Origin: Patescibacteria group bacterium
Lineage (GTDB): Bacteria > Patescibacteriota > Minisyncoccia > UBA6257 > GWB1-50-10
Length of the DNA: 64,000 nt
Assembly (NCBI GenBank): GCA_024239035.1
Contig: JANBVK010000001.1
Span: forward strand, 423,062-487,061
Reading direction: 5' to 3'
A model generated the notes under the pieces. It was not told the DNA's origin and ran no database searches. It saw only the letters and a list, made by a program, of their open reading frames with translations. Shown here piece after piece: positions 47,707 to 57,150 of the stretch. Numbering within the stretch: the first letter of the stretch is position 1; each line of letters starts with the position of its first letter. The position numbers and the translations under genes are program-made.

Positions 47707-48711
47707 TTATAGAGTAAGATTTGCCTGGGCGCGAAGCGCATGCTTACCTCCTCTTAAGTGGCTGATATATGCCGCAACTGCTATCATTGCTGCATTGTCA
47801 GTGTTGAATTTCGTTGGTGCGACAAAAAAACTAGCTTTTAGCTTGGAGCTTTTAATTTTTAGTTTACGACGCAGAATCTTATTTGCGGCAACACCGCCGG
47901 AGAGCATGATAGATTTCGCTCTGAATTCTTTTGCCGCTCGGACGGTTTTTTCAACTAGAACGTCGATCGCAGCTTGTTGAAAACTCGCGGCAATGTCAGC
48001 TCTACGCACTCTTTTATGGTCGCGGAGATAGTAAAGAACGGAGGTTTTGAGTCCCGAGAAGCTAAAGTCATAATTTTTGGTGTGCATCATAGGTCGTGGA
48101 AAGTCGACGGCGTTCTCATCTCCCTTCGTGGCTAGCTTTTCAATCTCAGGCCCACCCGGATAAGGAAGCCGGATCATTCGCGCGACCTTATCGAATACTT
48201 CTCCGACTGCATCATCTCTGGTTTCGCCAAGTTTTTTCCAGCTTGTTAGGGATTTCATAAGAAGGAGGGTAGTGTGACCACCGCTTACAATAAGTGCCAC
48301 TGCTGGAAATAAATTTTTAGACTTTGGCGCGAGAAGAAAACTGTAGAGATGTCCCTCTAGGTGGTTTACGCCTATCAATCTCGCTTTCGGGAAGTGCTCT
48401 TTATGGATTTTTTTTGCGAAGTTAATGCCGGTCCAGAGAGCTGGTTCAAGTCCAGGACCTATCGTCACCGCTAGTAAGTTAAGCTTTAGTTTCTTATTCC
48501 CTAAAAGTCTTTTGAAGATGGTTGGTAGATTTTTAATGTGTTCGCGTTTGGCGAGGTTAGGTACGATACCACCCCACGGTCGGTGGATTTCAACTTGGGA
48601 TGAGATAATATTTTTAGTTACCTTGAACCTAGGTGCTCTTAATCCGCCACTTGCCTCTGCGAGTGCGATCGCTGTTTCATCGCACGAGGTTTCAATTGCT
48701 AAGATCTTCAT
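47707..48711 (-). CDS. tsaD: tRNA N6-adenosine threonylcarbamoyltransferase TsaD
   Basis: MKILAIETSCDETAIAL is present. The metal-binding HLEGH motif is present. SGGVAANKILR is present. Confidence 0.85.
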   Translation of the reverse strand: MKILAIETSCDETAIALAEASGGLRAPRFKVTKNIISSQVEIHRPWGGIVPNLAKREHIKNLPTIFKRLLGNKKLKLNLLAVTIGPGLEPALWTGINFAKKIHKEHFPKARLIGVNHLEGHLYSFLLAPKSKNLFPAVALIVSGGHTTLLLMKSLTSWKKLGETRDDAVGEVFDKVARMIRLPYPGGPEIEKLATKGDENAVDFPRPMMHTKNYDFSFSGLKTSVLYYLRDHKRVRRADIAASFQQAAIDVLVEKTVRAAKEFRAKSIMLSGGVAANKILRRKLKIKSSKLKASFFVAPTKFNTDNAAMIAVAAYISHLRGGKHALRAQANLTL

Positions 48712-48758
48712 TGTTGTTATAATAGTGTATACTTGGTAGTCTTCAAAAGGTTAACTAT

Positions 48759-49181
48759 TTGGTAATTAGAAATTCTATGATACAACCTTTATTGGTATTT
48801 AGCGATTGGGGGATTTTTATTTTAAGAGTTGTTTTGGGGCTTATTATGGTGGCGTATGGTTTACCGAAGATAAAAAACCTGAAGAGAACCGCTAAGAGCT
48901 TTGCGGGTATGGGATTTAAACCGGGAAAGTTTTGGGGTACGACCGTTGCTATCTTAGAGTTTATTGGCGGAATCGGTTTAATTATTGGTTTTCTTACACA
49001 ACTTATTGCATTACTTATTGCTATCGAGTTCATCGTAATTATCCTAAAGCTCAAACAAGGCCAGAAGTTTGCCGGTGGCTATGATTTTGATCTTTTGATT
49101 GTAGCTGCGGCACTTCTCATTACTACATTAGGAAGTGGAGCCTTAAGTCTTGAAGGGTCTTTGGGAATATTTCTATACTAG
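48759..49181 (+). CDS. DoxX-family membrane protein
   Basis: 140 aa with four transmembrane helices. FILRVVLGLIMVAYGLPKIKN is DoxX-like. Confidence 0.6.
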   Translation: MVIRNSMIQPLLVFSDWGIFILRVVLGLIMVAYGLPKIKNLKRTAKSFAGMGFKPGKFWGTTVAILEFIGGIGLIIGFLTQLIALLIAIEFIVIILKLKQGQKFAGGYDFDLLIVAAALLITTLGSGALSLEGSLGIFLY

Positions 49182-49221
49182 ATTACTAATCTTTATTGTT
49201 TTTCTGGTAGATTAGCACACC

Positions 49222-49773
49222 TTGGATATGAAAGAGTATCTTACAGAAGCTGTCGTTTTAAATGTTAAGCCGTATAAAGAAACAGACCGGCTAGTTGATC
49301 TTTATACGAAAGATTTTGGTCGCGTTGTTGCGAAAGTAACAGGCGGCCGCAGAGCAACATCAAAGCTTTCTCCTCACCTCGATACAATGAGTTTGGTTGA
49401 AACACGTTTAATTCAAAAAAACCGGTTTACCGTTGCTGATGTGATGGTCAAAGAAAGGTTTAGGTTTTTAAGAGAGGACCTTAGGAAAAATTCTTCTGCT
49501 CTAAAACTTATGTTTTTACTCAGATCGCTTGTGCCCGAGCTGACGCCAGATTTACAATTTTGGCATCATTTAATCCGTAGTCTCAAACAAGGAAAGGTCA
49601 GCACGAGGACTTTTTTGGAACTTTTGGGTTATAATCCTTTGCTTGCAAGTTGTGAAAGTTGTTATGCTAGAGAAATTAGCCACTTTTCTTTGGTGGATCA
49701 GTCTTTTTTATGCCGGCAATGTTCTTTAAAGTTCCGCACAAGCTTAGGTAGTAAGTTGTTTTACGTAAATTAA
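49222..49773 (+). CDS. recO: DNA repair protein RecO
   Basis: N-terminal OB-fold (EAVVLNVKPYKETDRLVDLYTKDFGRVVAKVTGGRR). C-terminal Cys4 finger (C-x2-C...C-x2-C). Confidence 0.6.
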   Translation: MDMKEYLTEAVVLNVKPYKETDRLVDLYTKDFGRVVAKVTGGRRATSKLSPHLDTMSLVETRLIQKNRFTVADVMVKERFRFLREDLRKNSSALKLMFLLRSLVPELTPDLQFWHHLIRSLKQGKVSTRTFLELLGYNPLLASCESCYAREISHFSLVDQSFLCRQCSLKFRTSLGSKLFYVN

Positions 49774-49790
49774 CGAGAGTAGTAGTTGGT

Positions 49791-51608
49791 ATGCCCAGAG
49801 GAGAAACTAGAGATAAAACCCATAGTAGGAAACCTAAAAAAAGCAGATCAAGGCCATCGGCTAAGGCTCTGCGTTTTGTGACACCTCAGTGGACCAAAAG
49901 GCTTTTATGGATAGTTGTTACTATTCTTATTCTTGTTGTTCTAGGAACTGCAATCTTCTTTGTTTCTTATTACAGAAGCAGTTCAATTGGTGTTGTTATT
50001 GAAGTTAATGCTCCGGATAAGATTTATCGCGGCGTCCCATTTGAGGTTGATGTCAGTATAGATAATCAAACTGATAATATTATTACTCAAGCAGAACTTA
50101 CTCTGAGTCCCACCAATGGTATCGTGAACCTAAGAGGTTTTAATGGTCGGGGGATAATAAGCGATTCTATTGGGGATATGGGTAGTGGCAGCTTGACTAG
50201 AAAAACATATAGATTTTTAGCAACGGGAGAGATCGGTTCTTCTGGAGAGATCGCTTTTAGTTTGTCTTATTTTTCAGCCGGCAGAACCCGCTTTGAAGTT
50301 AATGAAGTTAAAAAGGTTAACGTCAGCGACTTAGCCATTGAGATTGAGGTTGAAAAACCTGATCAGATTTTGCCTGGCTCCACTTTCGAATTGGATATTG
50401 GTTATCAAAATGTTTCTAATTTCGATTTCTCTGAAGCAGTCTTGGAGGTGAAGTACCCATCACCGTTTAAGTTTATTTCCTCGAGCTTGACTCCGGATTC
50501 ACTGAATAATTATTGGCGGCTGGGAGAACTTAGAAGTGGCTCGAGTGGTAATATTCAGGTTAGGGGGACTCTCGAAGGCGCCGCAGGGTCTCCATTTGTC
50601 ATACCGATAGTTTTCTCAGCTAAATTCTTGGGTCAGGACTACCCCGTAGTTGAACAAGAAGTGGAACTGGCCATTGCTCCTTCACCGATCAACGTCCAAA
50701 CCTTTATTAACCGTCGAACCGATTACGTAGCGAGAATCGGTGATCAGTTGACTTACACTATTTTGTATGAGAACTCGAGTGGGATTGCTTTAGCTGACGT
50801 CGTGATAAAAACTGAGCTTATCGGTGAATTGTTTGATTTTACGACTCTGGAGGTCAACGCTGATACCAATTTGTCGGCCCGCACCGTTACCTGGGACGTT
50901 TCTAAAATTCCAGCCTTAAGGTTGCTTGATCCGGGCGCATCGGGGGAGGTTAGTTTAAGAGTTAAGCTGAAAAATCAATTTCCAATTAATCGCCTAAACG
51001 ATAAGAATTTTAATCTCCGTTTTAGCACTAAGATTAGTTCGCCATCCGTGCCGTATTATCTCCAAGCTCCCAAAACGGAAGCCATTGCCAGTCTTGAGGC
51101 CAAAGTTGCCGGATTGATTTTGGTTGATGTAAGAGGGTTTTACCGGGATGCTCTATCCGGCATATTAAACAGCGGTCTTATCCCGCCGAAAGTTAATCTA
51201 CCAACCCAGTACACGGTTCATTGGGTTATTCGTAATTACTCTACGGACGTTAAAGATGTTTCTTTGCGTACCGTACTTCCATTAGGCGTTAGATGGACGG
51301 GTATAGTAAAGAGCAATATAGACTCTGTCCCTTTGTATAATGAAGAGACTCGCGAAATTATCTGGGCTATTGAAACGATTAGAGCAACTAAGGGAGTTCT
51401 AGACGATCCAATCGAGACAGTCTTTCAGGTTGAAGCTACGCCTAGCGTCACGGACATTGGCAAATTTCAGCAGCTTACAAACGAAACTACCTTAAGGGCA
51501 GTCGATGAATTTACCGGTCTGGAATTGTTTAGCTCAGACGTTGCTCTAAATACATCTTTACCTGATGATATAACCATAGGTCAAAACGGGGGACGGATCG
51601 TACCATGA
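49791..51608 (+). CDS. large membrane-anchored surface protein of unknown function (beta-rich repeats)
   Basis: Basic N-terminus, one transmembrane helix, then about 540 aa rich in beta-strand-like segments with no motifs I recognise. Confidence 0.35.
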   Translation: MPRGETRDKTHSRKPKKSRSRPSAKALRFVTPQWTKRLLWIVVTILILVVLGTAIFFVSYYRSSSIGVVIEVNAPDKIYRGVPFEVDVSIDNQTDNIITQAELTLSPTNGIVNLRGFNGRGIISDSIGDMGSGSLTRKTYRFLATGEIGSSGEIAFSLSYFSAGRTRFEVNEVKKVNVSDLAIEIEVEKPDQILPGSTFELDIGYQNVSNFDFSEAVLEVKYPSPFKFISSSLTPDSLNNYWRLGELRSGSSGNIQVRGTLEGAAGSPFVIPIVFSAKFLGQDYPVVEQEVELAIAPSPINVQTFINRRTDYVARIGDQLTYTILYENSSGIALADVVIKTELIGELFDFTTLEVNADTNLSARTVTWDVSKIPALRLLDPGASGEVSLRVKLKNQFPINRLNDKNFNLRFSTKISSPSVPYYLQAPKTEAIASLEAKVAGLILVDVRGFYRDALSGILNSGLIPPKVNLPTQYTVHWVIRNYSTDVKDVSLRTVLPLGVRWTGIVKSNIDSVPLYNEETREIIWAIETIRATKGVLDDPIETVFQVEATPSVTDIGKFQQLTNETTLRAVDEFTGLELFSSDVALNTSLPDDITIGQNGGRIVP

Positions 51609-52921
51609 ACAACATTTTTGAGAAAATAACATCTTTAGCCAAGCGACGGGGTTTTATCTACCCCGGTTCTGAAATTTATGGTGGGCTAGCTGGTACATGG
51701 GATTACGGACCGCTCGGTGTAGAACTTAAACGAAATATTAAGGAACAATTTTGGAACACTATGGTCTATGCCCGAGATGATGTGGTTGGAGTTGATGCGG
51801 CAATTTTAATGAATCCCAAGGTTTGGGAGGCCTCAGGTCACCTAAAAGCTTTTTCTGATCCTTTAGTTGAGTGTAAGTCATGCCATAAACGGTTCCGATT
51901 AGATGAAATTGGTCTAGAAGCTAAAGGGTGTCCAGAATGCAGTGGTGAGTTTACTAAACCTAAGGCCTTTAACCTTATGATGGAGACGCATCTTGGTGCG
52001 GTTGAGGGAGAGAAACAGAAAACTTACCTCCGCGGCGAGATTACCCAAGGCGCGCATGTAAATTTTAAAAACATTCTCGCTTCAAACCGGGTAAAAATTC
52101 CCTTCGGTGTTGCCCAGATTGGGAAAGCGTTTCGGAATGAAATCACGCCGGGTAACTTTACGTTTCGTTCTCGTGAATTTGAGCAGATGGAGTTGCAGTT
52201 TTATATCAAACCCGACAAAAAGGAGGCGGAAAGGCAGATGAAATACTGGAAGGAAGAGCGTCTCAAGTGGTATGTTAGTCTCGGTATAAGTAAGAAAAAT
52301 CTGCGTTTTCGTGAACATGAGAGTGAGGAACGCGCCCACTACGCGAGAGAGGCGTGGGATGTGGAATATCAGGTATCAGATCAAGAATGGAAGGAACTTG
52401 AAGGCATTCATAACCGTGGCGACTGGGACCTGAGGCGCCATAGTGAATTTTCGGGTGAGGATTTATCGTATTTTGATGAGGAAGCCAACGAAAGATATAT
52501 CCCTTGGGTTATTGAGACCTCGGGCGGTGTGGACCGGGCAGTGATTTTCTTTTTAATGGACGCGTATGAAGAAGAGAAGCTTAAAGGAAACGATGAGCGG
52601 ATTATTCTAAAACTTCATCCAAAACTTGCACCATATAAAGTCGCCGTTTTCCCGCTTTTAGCCAATAAACCTGAGCTTGTAAAGCTTGCGCGCAAAATTT
52701 ATGAAGATTTAAGAAAAGAATTCACTGCTGTATGGGATGACAGGGGAAATATTGGTAAGCGTTACTACAGCCAAGACGAGATAGGTACGCCATACTGTAT
52801 CACGGTAGATTTTGATAGTTTAGAAAAGAAGGACGTTACCGTGCGTGACCGGGATTCAATGAAACAAAAAAGAATAGAAATTAGCAAACTAGGAAGTTAT
52901 TTACATGGAAAAATCCTTTAA
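51605..52921 (+). CDS. glyQS: glycyl-tRNA synthetase, dimeric (glyQS) type
   Basis: N-terminus AKRRGFIYPGSEIYGGLAGTWDYGPLG. Class II motifs are present (FRNEITPGNFTFRSREFEQME). The C-terminal anticodon-binding domain is present. Confidence 0.85.
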   Translation: MNNIFEKITSLAKRRGFIYPGSEIYGGLAGTWDYGPLGVELKRNIKEQFWNTMVYARDDVVGVDAAILMNPKVWEASGHLKAFSDPLVECKSCHKRFRLDEIGLEAKGCPECSGEFTKPKAFNLMMETHLGAVEGEKQKTYLRGEITQGAHVNFKNILASNRVKIPFGVAQIGKAFRNEITPGNFTFRSREFEQMELQFYIKPDKKEAERQMKYWKEERLKWYVSLGISKKNLRFREHESEERAHYAREAWDVEYQVSDQEWKELEGIHNRGDWDLRRHSEFSGEDLSYFDEEANERYIPWVIETSGGVDRAVIFFLMDAYEEEKLKGNDERIILKLHPKLAPYKVAVFPLLANKPELVKLARKIYEDLRKEFTAVWDDRGNIGKRYYSQDEIGTPYCITVDFDSLEKKDVTVRDRDSMKQKRIEISKLGSYLHGKIL

Positions 52922-54176
52922 GAAAATAAAACTTGATAACGGCTTGCGTGTGATTTTAGTGCCGAGACCCGCCAGTTTAGCAACAACCGTACTTGTGCTA
53001 GTTGAGACAGGTTCGACGTATGAAACTAAAAACATCAATGGACTCTCCCACTTTTTGGAACACATGTGTTTTAGGGGCACCAAACGGCGCCCGACAGAAC
53101 TTCAGATCAGCTCTGAACTTGACAGTTTGGGCGCAAGTTATAATGCCTTCACTAGTCAGGAGTACACTGGCTATTTTGCGAAAGTGCGGAATAAAAAGTT
53201 TGAGCAGGCGCTTGATATTGTTTCGGATGTGTATCTTAATCCTACTCTTGCTCCCGGAGAGATTAATAAGGAACGTGGCCCAATCATTGAGGAGATAAAT
53301 ATGTATGAGGATTTGCCGATGCGCCGTGTTCAAGATCTTTTTCTTGAGCTTGTCTACGGTGATCAACCGGCTGGGTGGAAGATCCTCGGCACAAAAGATA
53401 ATATCAGGAGTTTTACAAGAGAAGATTTTTTAAAGTACCGGCAAGAACACTACGTTGCAAAAGCCACAATCGTGGTCGTTGCTGGTGGATTTAACGAGAA
53501 AGGAATGGAAGAGAAAGTGAAGGATGCTTTCTCCGGCATACACGACGGTAAAAAAAGCTCAAAGGTTTCTGTTCAAGAAGAGCAACACAACTCTCGTTAC
53601 ACCGTATCACATAAAACATCTGACCAGACCCATCTCGTTATGGGGTTTCGGGCATTTGATGTTCACGATCCCCGTCGTTATGCTCTTGAGGTACTTGCTG
53701 ATATGCTTGGTGGCGGTATCAGTTCTCGGCTGTTCCAAAAGATTAGGGCCGAGCTGGGGGCGGCCTACTATGTAAATGCGAGCACTGATTTATATACAGA
53801 CCATGGATTGTTTGTGATGTCAGCAGGAATTGATCACAAAAAACTTGATTTAGTAGTGAACGCAACTCTTGAAGAGTTTGCAAAATTTAAAGAAGAGAAA
53901 GTCGGTAGCAAGGAACTTCAGAAAGTAAAAGACCATATGATTGGGCACTTATTCCTCTCACTTGAGACATCGGATGAACTAGGGTTGTTTTACGGTATTC
54001 AGGAAGTAATGGGTATGCCTTGCACTGCACCTCGGGAGCTTGCCAAGAAGATAGAATCAGTTACACCAGAAGAAGTGCAATCGGTTGCGCGAGATGTATA
54101 TACGAATAATCGATTAAATCTGGCAGTAGTCGGCCCTTTTAAAGAAAAATCCTTTAGTGATATACTAAAAATATAA
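52905..54176 (+). CDS. M16-family zinc peptidase (insulinase-like)
   Basis: Inverted zinc motif HFLEHMCF (HxxEH) followed by a downstream Glu. 423 aa. Confidence 0.8.
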   Translation: MEKSFKKIKLDNGLRVILVPRPASLATTVLVLVETGSTYETKNINGLSHFLEHMCFRGTKRRPTELQISSELDSLGASYNAFTSQEYTGYFAKVRNKKFEQALDIVSDVYLNPTLAPGEINKERGPIIEEINMYEDLPMRRVQDLFLELVYGDQPAGWKILGTKDNIRSFTREDFLKYRQEHYVAKATIVVVAGGFNEKGMEEKVKDAFSGIHDGKKSSKVSVQEEQHNSRYTVSHKTSDQTHLVMGFRAFDVHDPRRYALEVLADMLGGGISSRLFQKIRAELGAAYYVNASTDLYTDHGLFVMSAGIDHKKLDLVVNATLEEFAKFKEEKVGSKELQKVKDHMIGHLFLSLETSDELGLFYGIQEVMGMPCTAPRELAKKIESVTPEEVQSVARDVYTNNRLNLAVVGPFKEKSFSDILKI

Positions 54177-55198
54177 TGGGAGAGTTTATTCGTTTTGAAA
54201 TTGGCTGGAAAACATTCTGGCAGATTCTTGTTTTTCTTGCATTTCTTCTTATTCTGTATCTTGCTCGCCAAGTAATGGGGGTTCTTTTAATTTCAATAGT
54301 TGTTTCCCTTGGTCTTGATCCAATAATTAGTTTTTTAGAGAAAAAAAAGATAAATCGTCTTTTAGGAACAATTGCAGTCTTTTTGGTGGGATTGTTGCTT
54401 TTGAGTACTGCTGTTTACTTTATTATCCCCATATTCATTCTTGAGGTTGGAGGATTTTTAGGTGATTTTAATAGAGTCGTCTCAGAAGTCTTCGGTTTTG
54501 GTTTACCTCAATCACTTATTCAAGATTTTAGTTTGTCGCTCGATAAAGCATTAGGTATTTTAACTGCGGCCAGCGTATCTATCGGGGGAGCAATCTCCGC
54601 CGTCTTTACGAGAATTATTTTGGTTTTAGCTACTGTTGTTATCTCGTTTTATTTATCAGTGCAAAAAGGAGGGACCGAAAAATTATTAAGAGTTATCTTA
54701 CCTGATGTGTATGAAAAGCCCGTACTCACAATTTTTAACCGCTTTAAAAAGAAAATACGACATTGGTTTGCCGCGCAGCTGGGCCTGAGCTTGGTAGTGG
54801 GAGTGGTAGTTAGTGTTGGTTTATGGTTGCTTGGCGTTCGTTATGCAATAGTCTTGGGAGTAATAGCTGCTATTTTGGAGTTGGTCCCCGTCATTGGACC
54901 GGTTGTCGCTGGGGCTATCGCGTCTTTGGTCGCATTTTCTGCTTCATTATCGCTAGGGCTTTATGTTTTGGGATTTTCTTTCCTTGTTCAACAATTAGAA
55001 AATCACGTTTTAATTCCGGTGCTTATGGGTAAAACCATGAATGTCCACCCGGTGATTGTTATCATCTCACTCTTGACTGGTGCTCAGGTTGCGGGTCTTG
55101 TAGGAGTAATTTTGGCTGTACCGATAGCTGTTGCAGCCCAAGAAATATTTAATTATTTAGCTGAGAGAAAAGACCATAAACCGGCATTGGGGATCTAA
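54176..55198 (+). CDS. AI-2E family (UPF0118/PerM-like) transporter
   Basis: Eight transmembrane helices. The LELVPVIGPVVAGAIASL segment is characteristic of the family. Confidence 0.65.
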   Translation: MGEFIRFEIGWKTFWQILVFLAFLLILYLARQVMGVLLISIVVSLGLDPIISFLEKKKINRLLGTIAVFLVGLLLLSTAVYFIIPIFILEVGGFLGDFNRVVSEVFGFGLPQSLIQDFSLSLDKALGILTAASVSIGGAISAVFTRIILVLATVVISFYLSVQKGGTEKLLRVILPDVYEKPVLTIFNRFKKKIRHWFAAQLGLSLVVGVVVSVGLWLLGVRYAIVLGVIAAILELVPVIGPVVAGAIASLVAFSASLSLGLYVLGFSFLVQQLENHVLIPVLMGKTMNVHPVIVIISLLTGAQVAGLVGVILAVPIAVAAQEIFNYLAERKDHKPALGI

Positions 55199-55214
55199 TT
55201 AAATTATAAGTACT

Positions 55215-56060
55215 GTGCTCAAGTTTTTTGACGCTCACACACACGTGCAGTTTGCAGCGTATGCTTCTGATTTCCAAGAAGTCATTGGGCGGGCATACGC
55301 CCACGGCGTTGGGATGGTAAATGTTGGTACCCAGAAAGATACTTCCCGCCGGGCGGTGGAGGTTGCACACAACTATGATGGTGTTTATGCCGCGGTGGGT
55401 CTGCACCCAATTCACACCGTGAAATCCTATCATGATGCACAGGAGTTAGGCGACAACTCCGATGCAAAGGGTTTTACGAGTCGCGGTGAGGACTTTGATT
55501 ATGATTACTATAAACAATTGGCCCTTGACTCAAAGGTGGTTGCGATTGGGGAATGTGGTTTTGACTTTTTTCGTCAGGAGCAGGGCGCGAATCGCGAAGC
55601 GCAGATTGAGCGGCAAAAGGAAGCGTTCATAAAACAAATTGAACTCTCACGTGAGGTTAAAAAACCTCTTATGATTCACTGCCGCGAGGCTTTTAGTGAT
55701 TTAATTAGCGTACTGAAAGCTAACCCCCATAACCTAAAACCTGGTATAATCCATTTTTTCAGCGGTACTAAAGAAGACGCTAAACAACTTCTGGACATGG
55801 GTTTTTATTTCACTTTCGGCGGCGTGATTACATTTACTCGTGATTACGACGATGTAATAAAAATAATCCCGCTTGACAGAATCTTATCGGAAACGGATGC
55901 TCCTTACGTGACTCCTGTCCCGCATCGCGGTAAGCGCAACGAACCGTTATATGTAATTGAAGTCGTTAAAAAGTTAGCCGAGATTAAAAATGTTTCTGAA
56001 GAAAAAATGAGAGTGCAAATTTTAAGAAACTCTGAACAGGTTTTTAATATTCAATTCTAA
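55215..56060 (+). CDS. tatD: TatD-family metal-dependent hydrolase (DNase)
   Basis: FDAHTHVQF, IGECGFDF, MIHCREAF and SETDAPYV appear in the canonical TatD order. Confidence 0.85.
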   Translation: MLKFFDAHTHVQFAAYASDFQEVIGRAYAHGVGMVNVGTQKDTSRRAVEVAHNYDGVYAAVGLHPIHTVKSYHDAQELGDNSDAKGFTSRGEDFDYDYYKQLALDSKVVAIGECGFDFFRQEQGANREAQIERQKEAFIKQIELSREVKKPLMIHCREAFSDLISVLKANPHNLKPGIIHFFSGTKEDAKQLLDMGFYFTFGGVITFTRDYDDVIKIIPLDRILSETDAPYVTPVPHRGKRNEPLYVIEVVKKLAEIKNVSEEKMRVQILRNSEQVFNIQF

Positions 56061-56076
56061 AATTACCTCAAAATGG

Positions 56077-56250
56077 TTATTTCTCCCAATCTTTGATTAC
56101 TATCTCTTTACCGCGTTCTTCTACCGTTACGTTTTGTCCTGCCTGCCAACGGAGTCGTCTTATGATATCAATAGGTAGGCTGACATAGTAGCTCCGCCTC
56201 ATCTTTTGAATTTTTCTGATATTTTCTTCTTCAACTCGTCTTCTGGTCAT
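56077..56250 (-). CDS. SpoVT/AbrB (MazE-like) domain DNA-binding protein
   Basis: RRSYYVSLPIDIIRRLRWQAGQNVTVEERGKEIVIK is a swapped-hairpin AbrB/MazE pattern. The start was chosen at MTRRR (56250), which has a GGGAA ribosome-binding site. The longer 56319 ORF would start at a TTG inside the palindrome. Confidence 0.5.
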   Translation of the reverse strand: MTRRRVEEENIRKIQKMRRSYYVSLPIDIIRRLRWQAGQNVTVEERGKEIVIKDWEK

Positions 56251-56280
56251 ATTTTTCCCTGTTCCCTTAATTATATCATA

Positions 56281-56320
56281 GTTGCCCCATGTTTTAACAT
56301 ATGTTAAAACATGGGGCAAC
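56281..56320. promoter_or_regulatory. perfect 40-bp palindrome (candidate operator) between divergent AbrB-like and methyltransferase genes
   Basis: gttgccccatgttttaacat | atgttaaaacatggggcaac is an exact reverse complement with 20-bp arms. It lies about 30 bp upstream of the AbrB-like start, next to a TATAAT-like -10 element. Confidence 0.6.
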
Positions 56321-56373
56321 TTTTAAGGATCGTGCTAAATGCATGGGTAAACTGAGGATAGCAATAAGTAAAG

Positions 56374-57150
56374 TTGATGGAAGCGGACTTTCTCATTAAA
56401 ATACTTACTATGACAGAAGAATGGTGGAAAAAGTTTTTCGGGGAGGGTTATATAAAAGAATGGGAAGAGGCGGGGATGTTTAGATATACGCGGCGGGAAG
56501 TCAACTTCTTAGAGAAAGTAATTCCACTCCGGAAAAAGGATGAGATTTTGGACCTGTGCTGCGGGCATGGTAGGCACGCGATTGAACTTGCGCGGAGAGG
56601 ATATAAAGTTACAGGACTCGATTTTTCTTTGTACGCGTTAGGGATAGCGAGGAGAGAGGCGAAACGGAGAAATCTTATAGTCAGTTTTGTGCGGGGCGAT
56701 GCACGTAATTTCAAGTTTCGGAAAAAGTTTGATGTCATTATTAACATGTTTACCGCATTTGGGTACGGTAGCAGAGAAGATGACCGAAAGATTATTCGGA
56801 ACGTGAGCCGGAGCTTGAGGAAGGAAGGCAAGTTTTTTATAGATTTGCAGAGCTTGCCGTGGCTCTGGAGAAATTTTAAACCAGTGAGGCGTGAACGAGT
56901 CGGAAAACTGAGGATTGTAGATAAGAGAACCTATGATTTCCTCGAAGGTGTTGTGCGCAGCATACGTATAGTATCCGATGGGACACGTAAAAGGATCAGC
57001 CGTACGCAGACTCGCAGCTATACTCTGGCAGAACTAGAAAACCTTCTTGTAGAAGAGGGGTTGAAAGTAGTTAAGTTTTTCGGGTCTTATAAGGGCCAGC
57101 CCTTCGGTTTTAATACTAAGCGGATGCTAGTTGTTGCAAAAAAAATATGA
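56374..57150 (+). CDS. class I SAM-dependent methyltransferase
   Basis: SAM-binding motif ILDLCCGHGRHAIELARRGYKVTGLDFS is present. Acidic motif DVIINMF is present. Confidence 0.75.
   Translation: MMEADFLIKILTMTEEWWKKFFGEGYIKEWEEAGMFRYTRREVNFLEKVIPLRKKDEILDLCCGHGRHAIELARRGYKVTGLDFSLYALGIARREAKRRNLIVSFVRGDARNFKFRKKFDVIINMFTAFGYGSREDDRKIIRNVSRSLRKEGKFFIDLQSLPWLWRNFKPVRRERVGKLRIVDKRTYDFLEGVVRSIRIVSDGTRKRISRTQTRSYTLAELENLLVEEGLKVVKFFGSYKGQPFGFNTKRMLVVAKKI

Noticed and set aside
56281-56319. N-terminal VKTWGN of the longer 56077..56319 ORF resembles the MazE N-terminus (VKRWGN)
   Set aside because: Those codons are encoded by the perfect palindrome itself, and the ORF would need a TTG start inside it. 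An ATG with a GGGAA ribosome-binding site at 56250 gives a complete AbrB-like domain, so the resemblance is probably a by-product of the palindrome.
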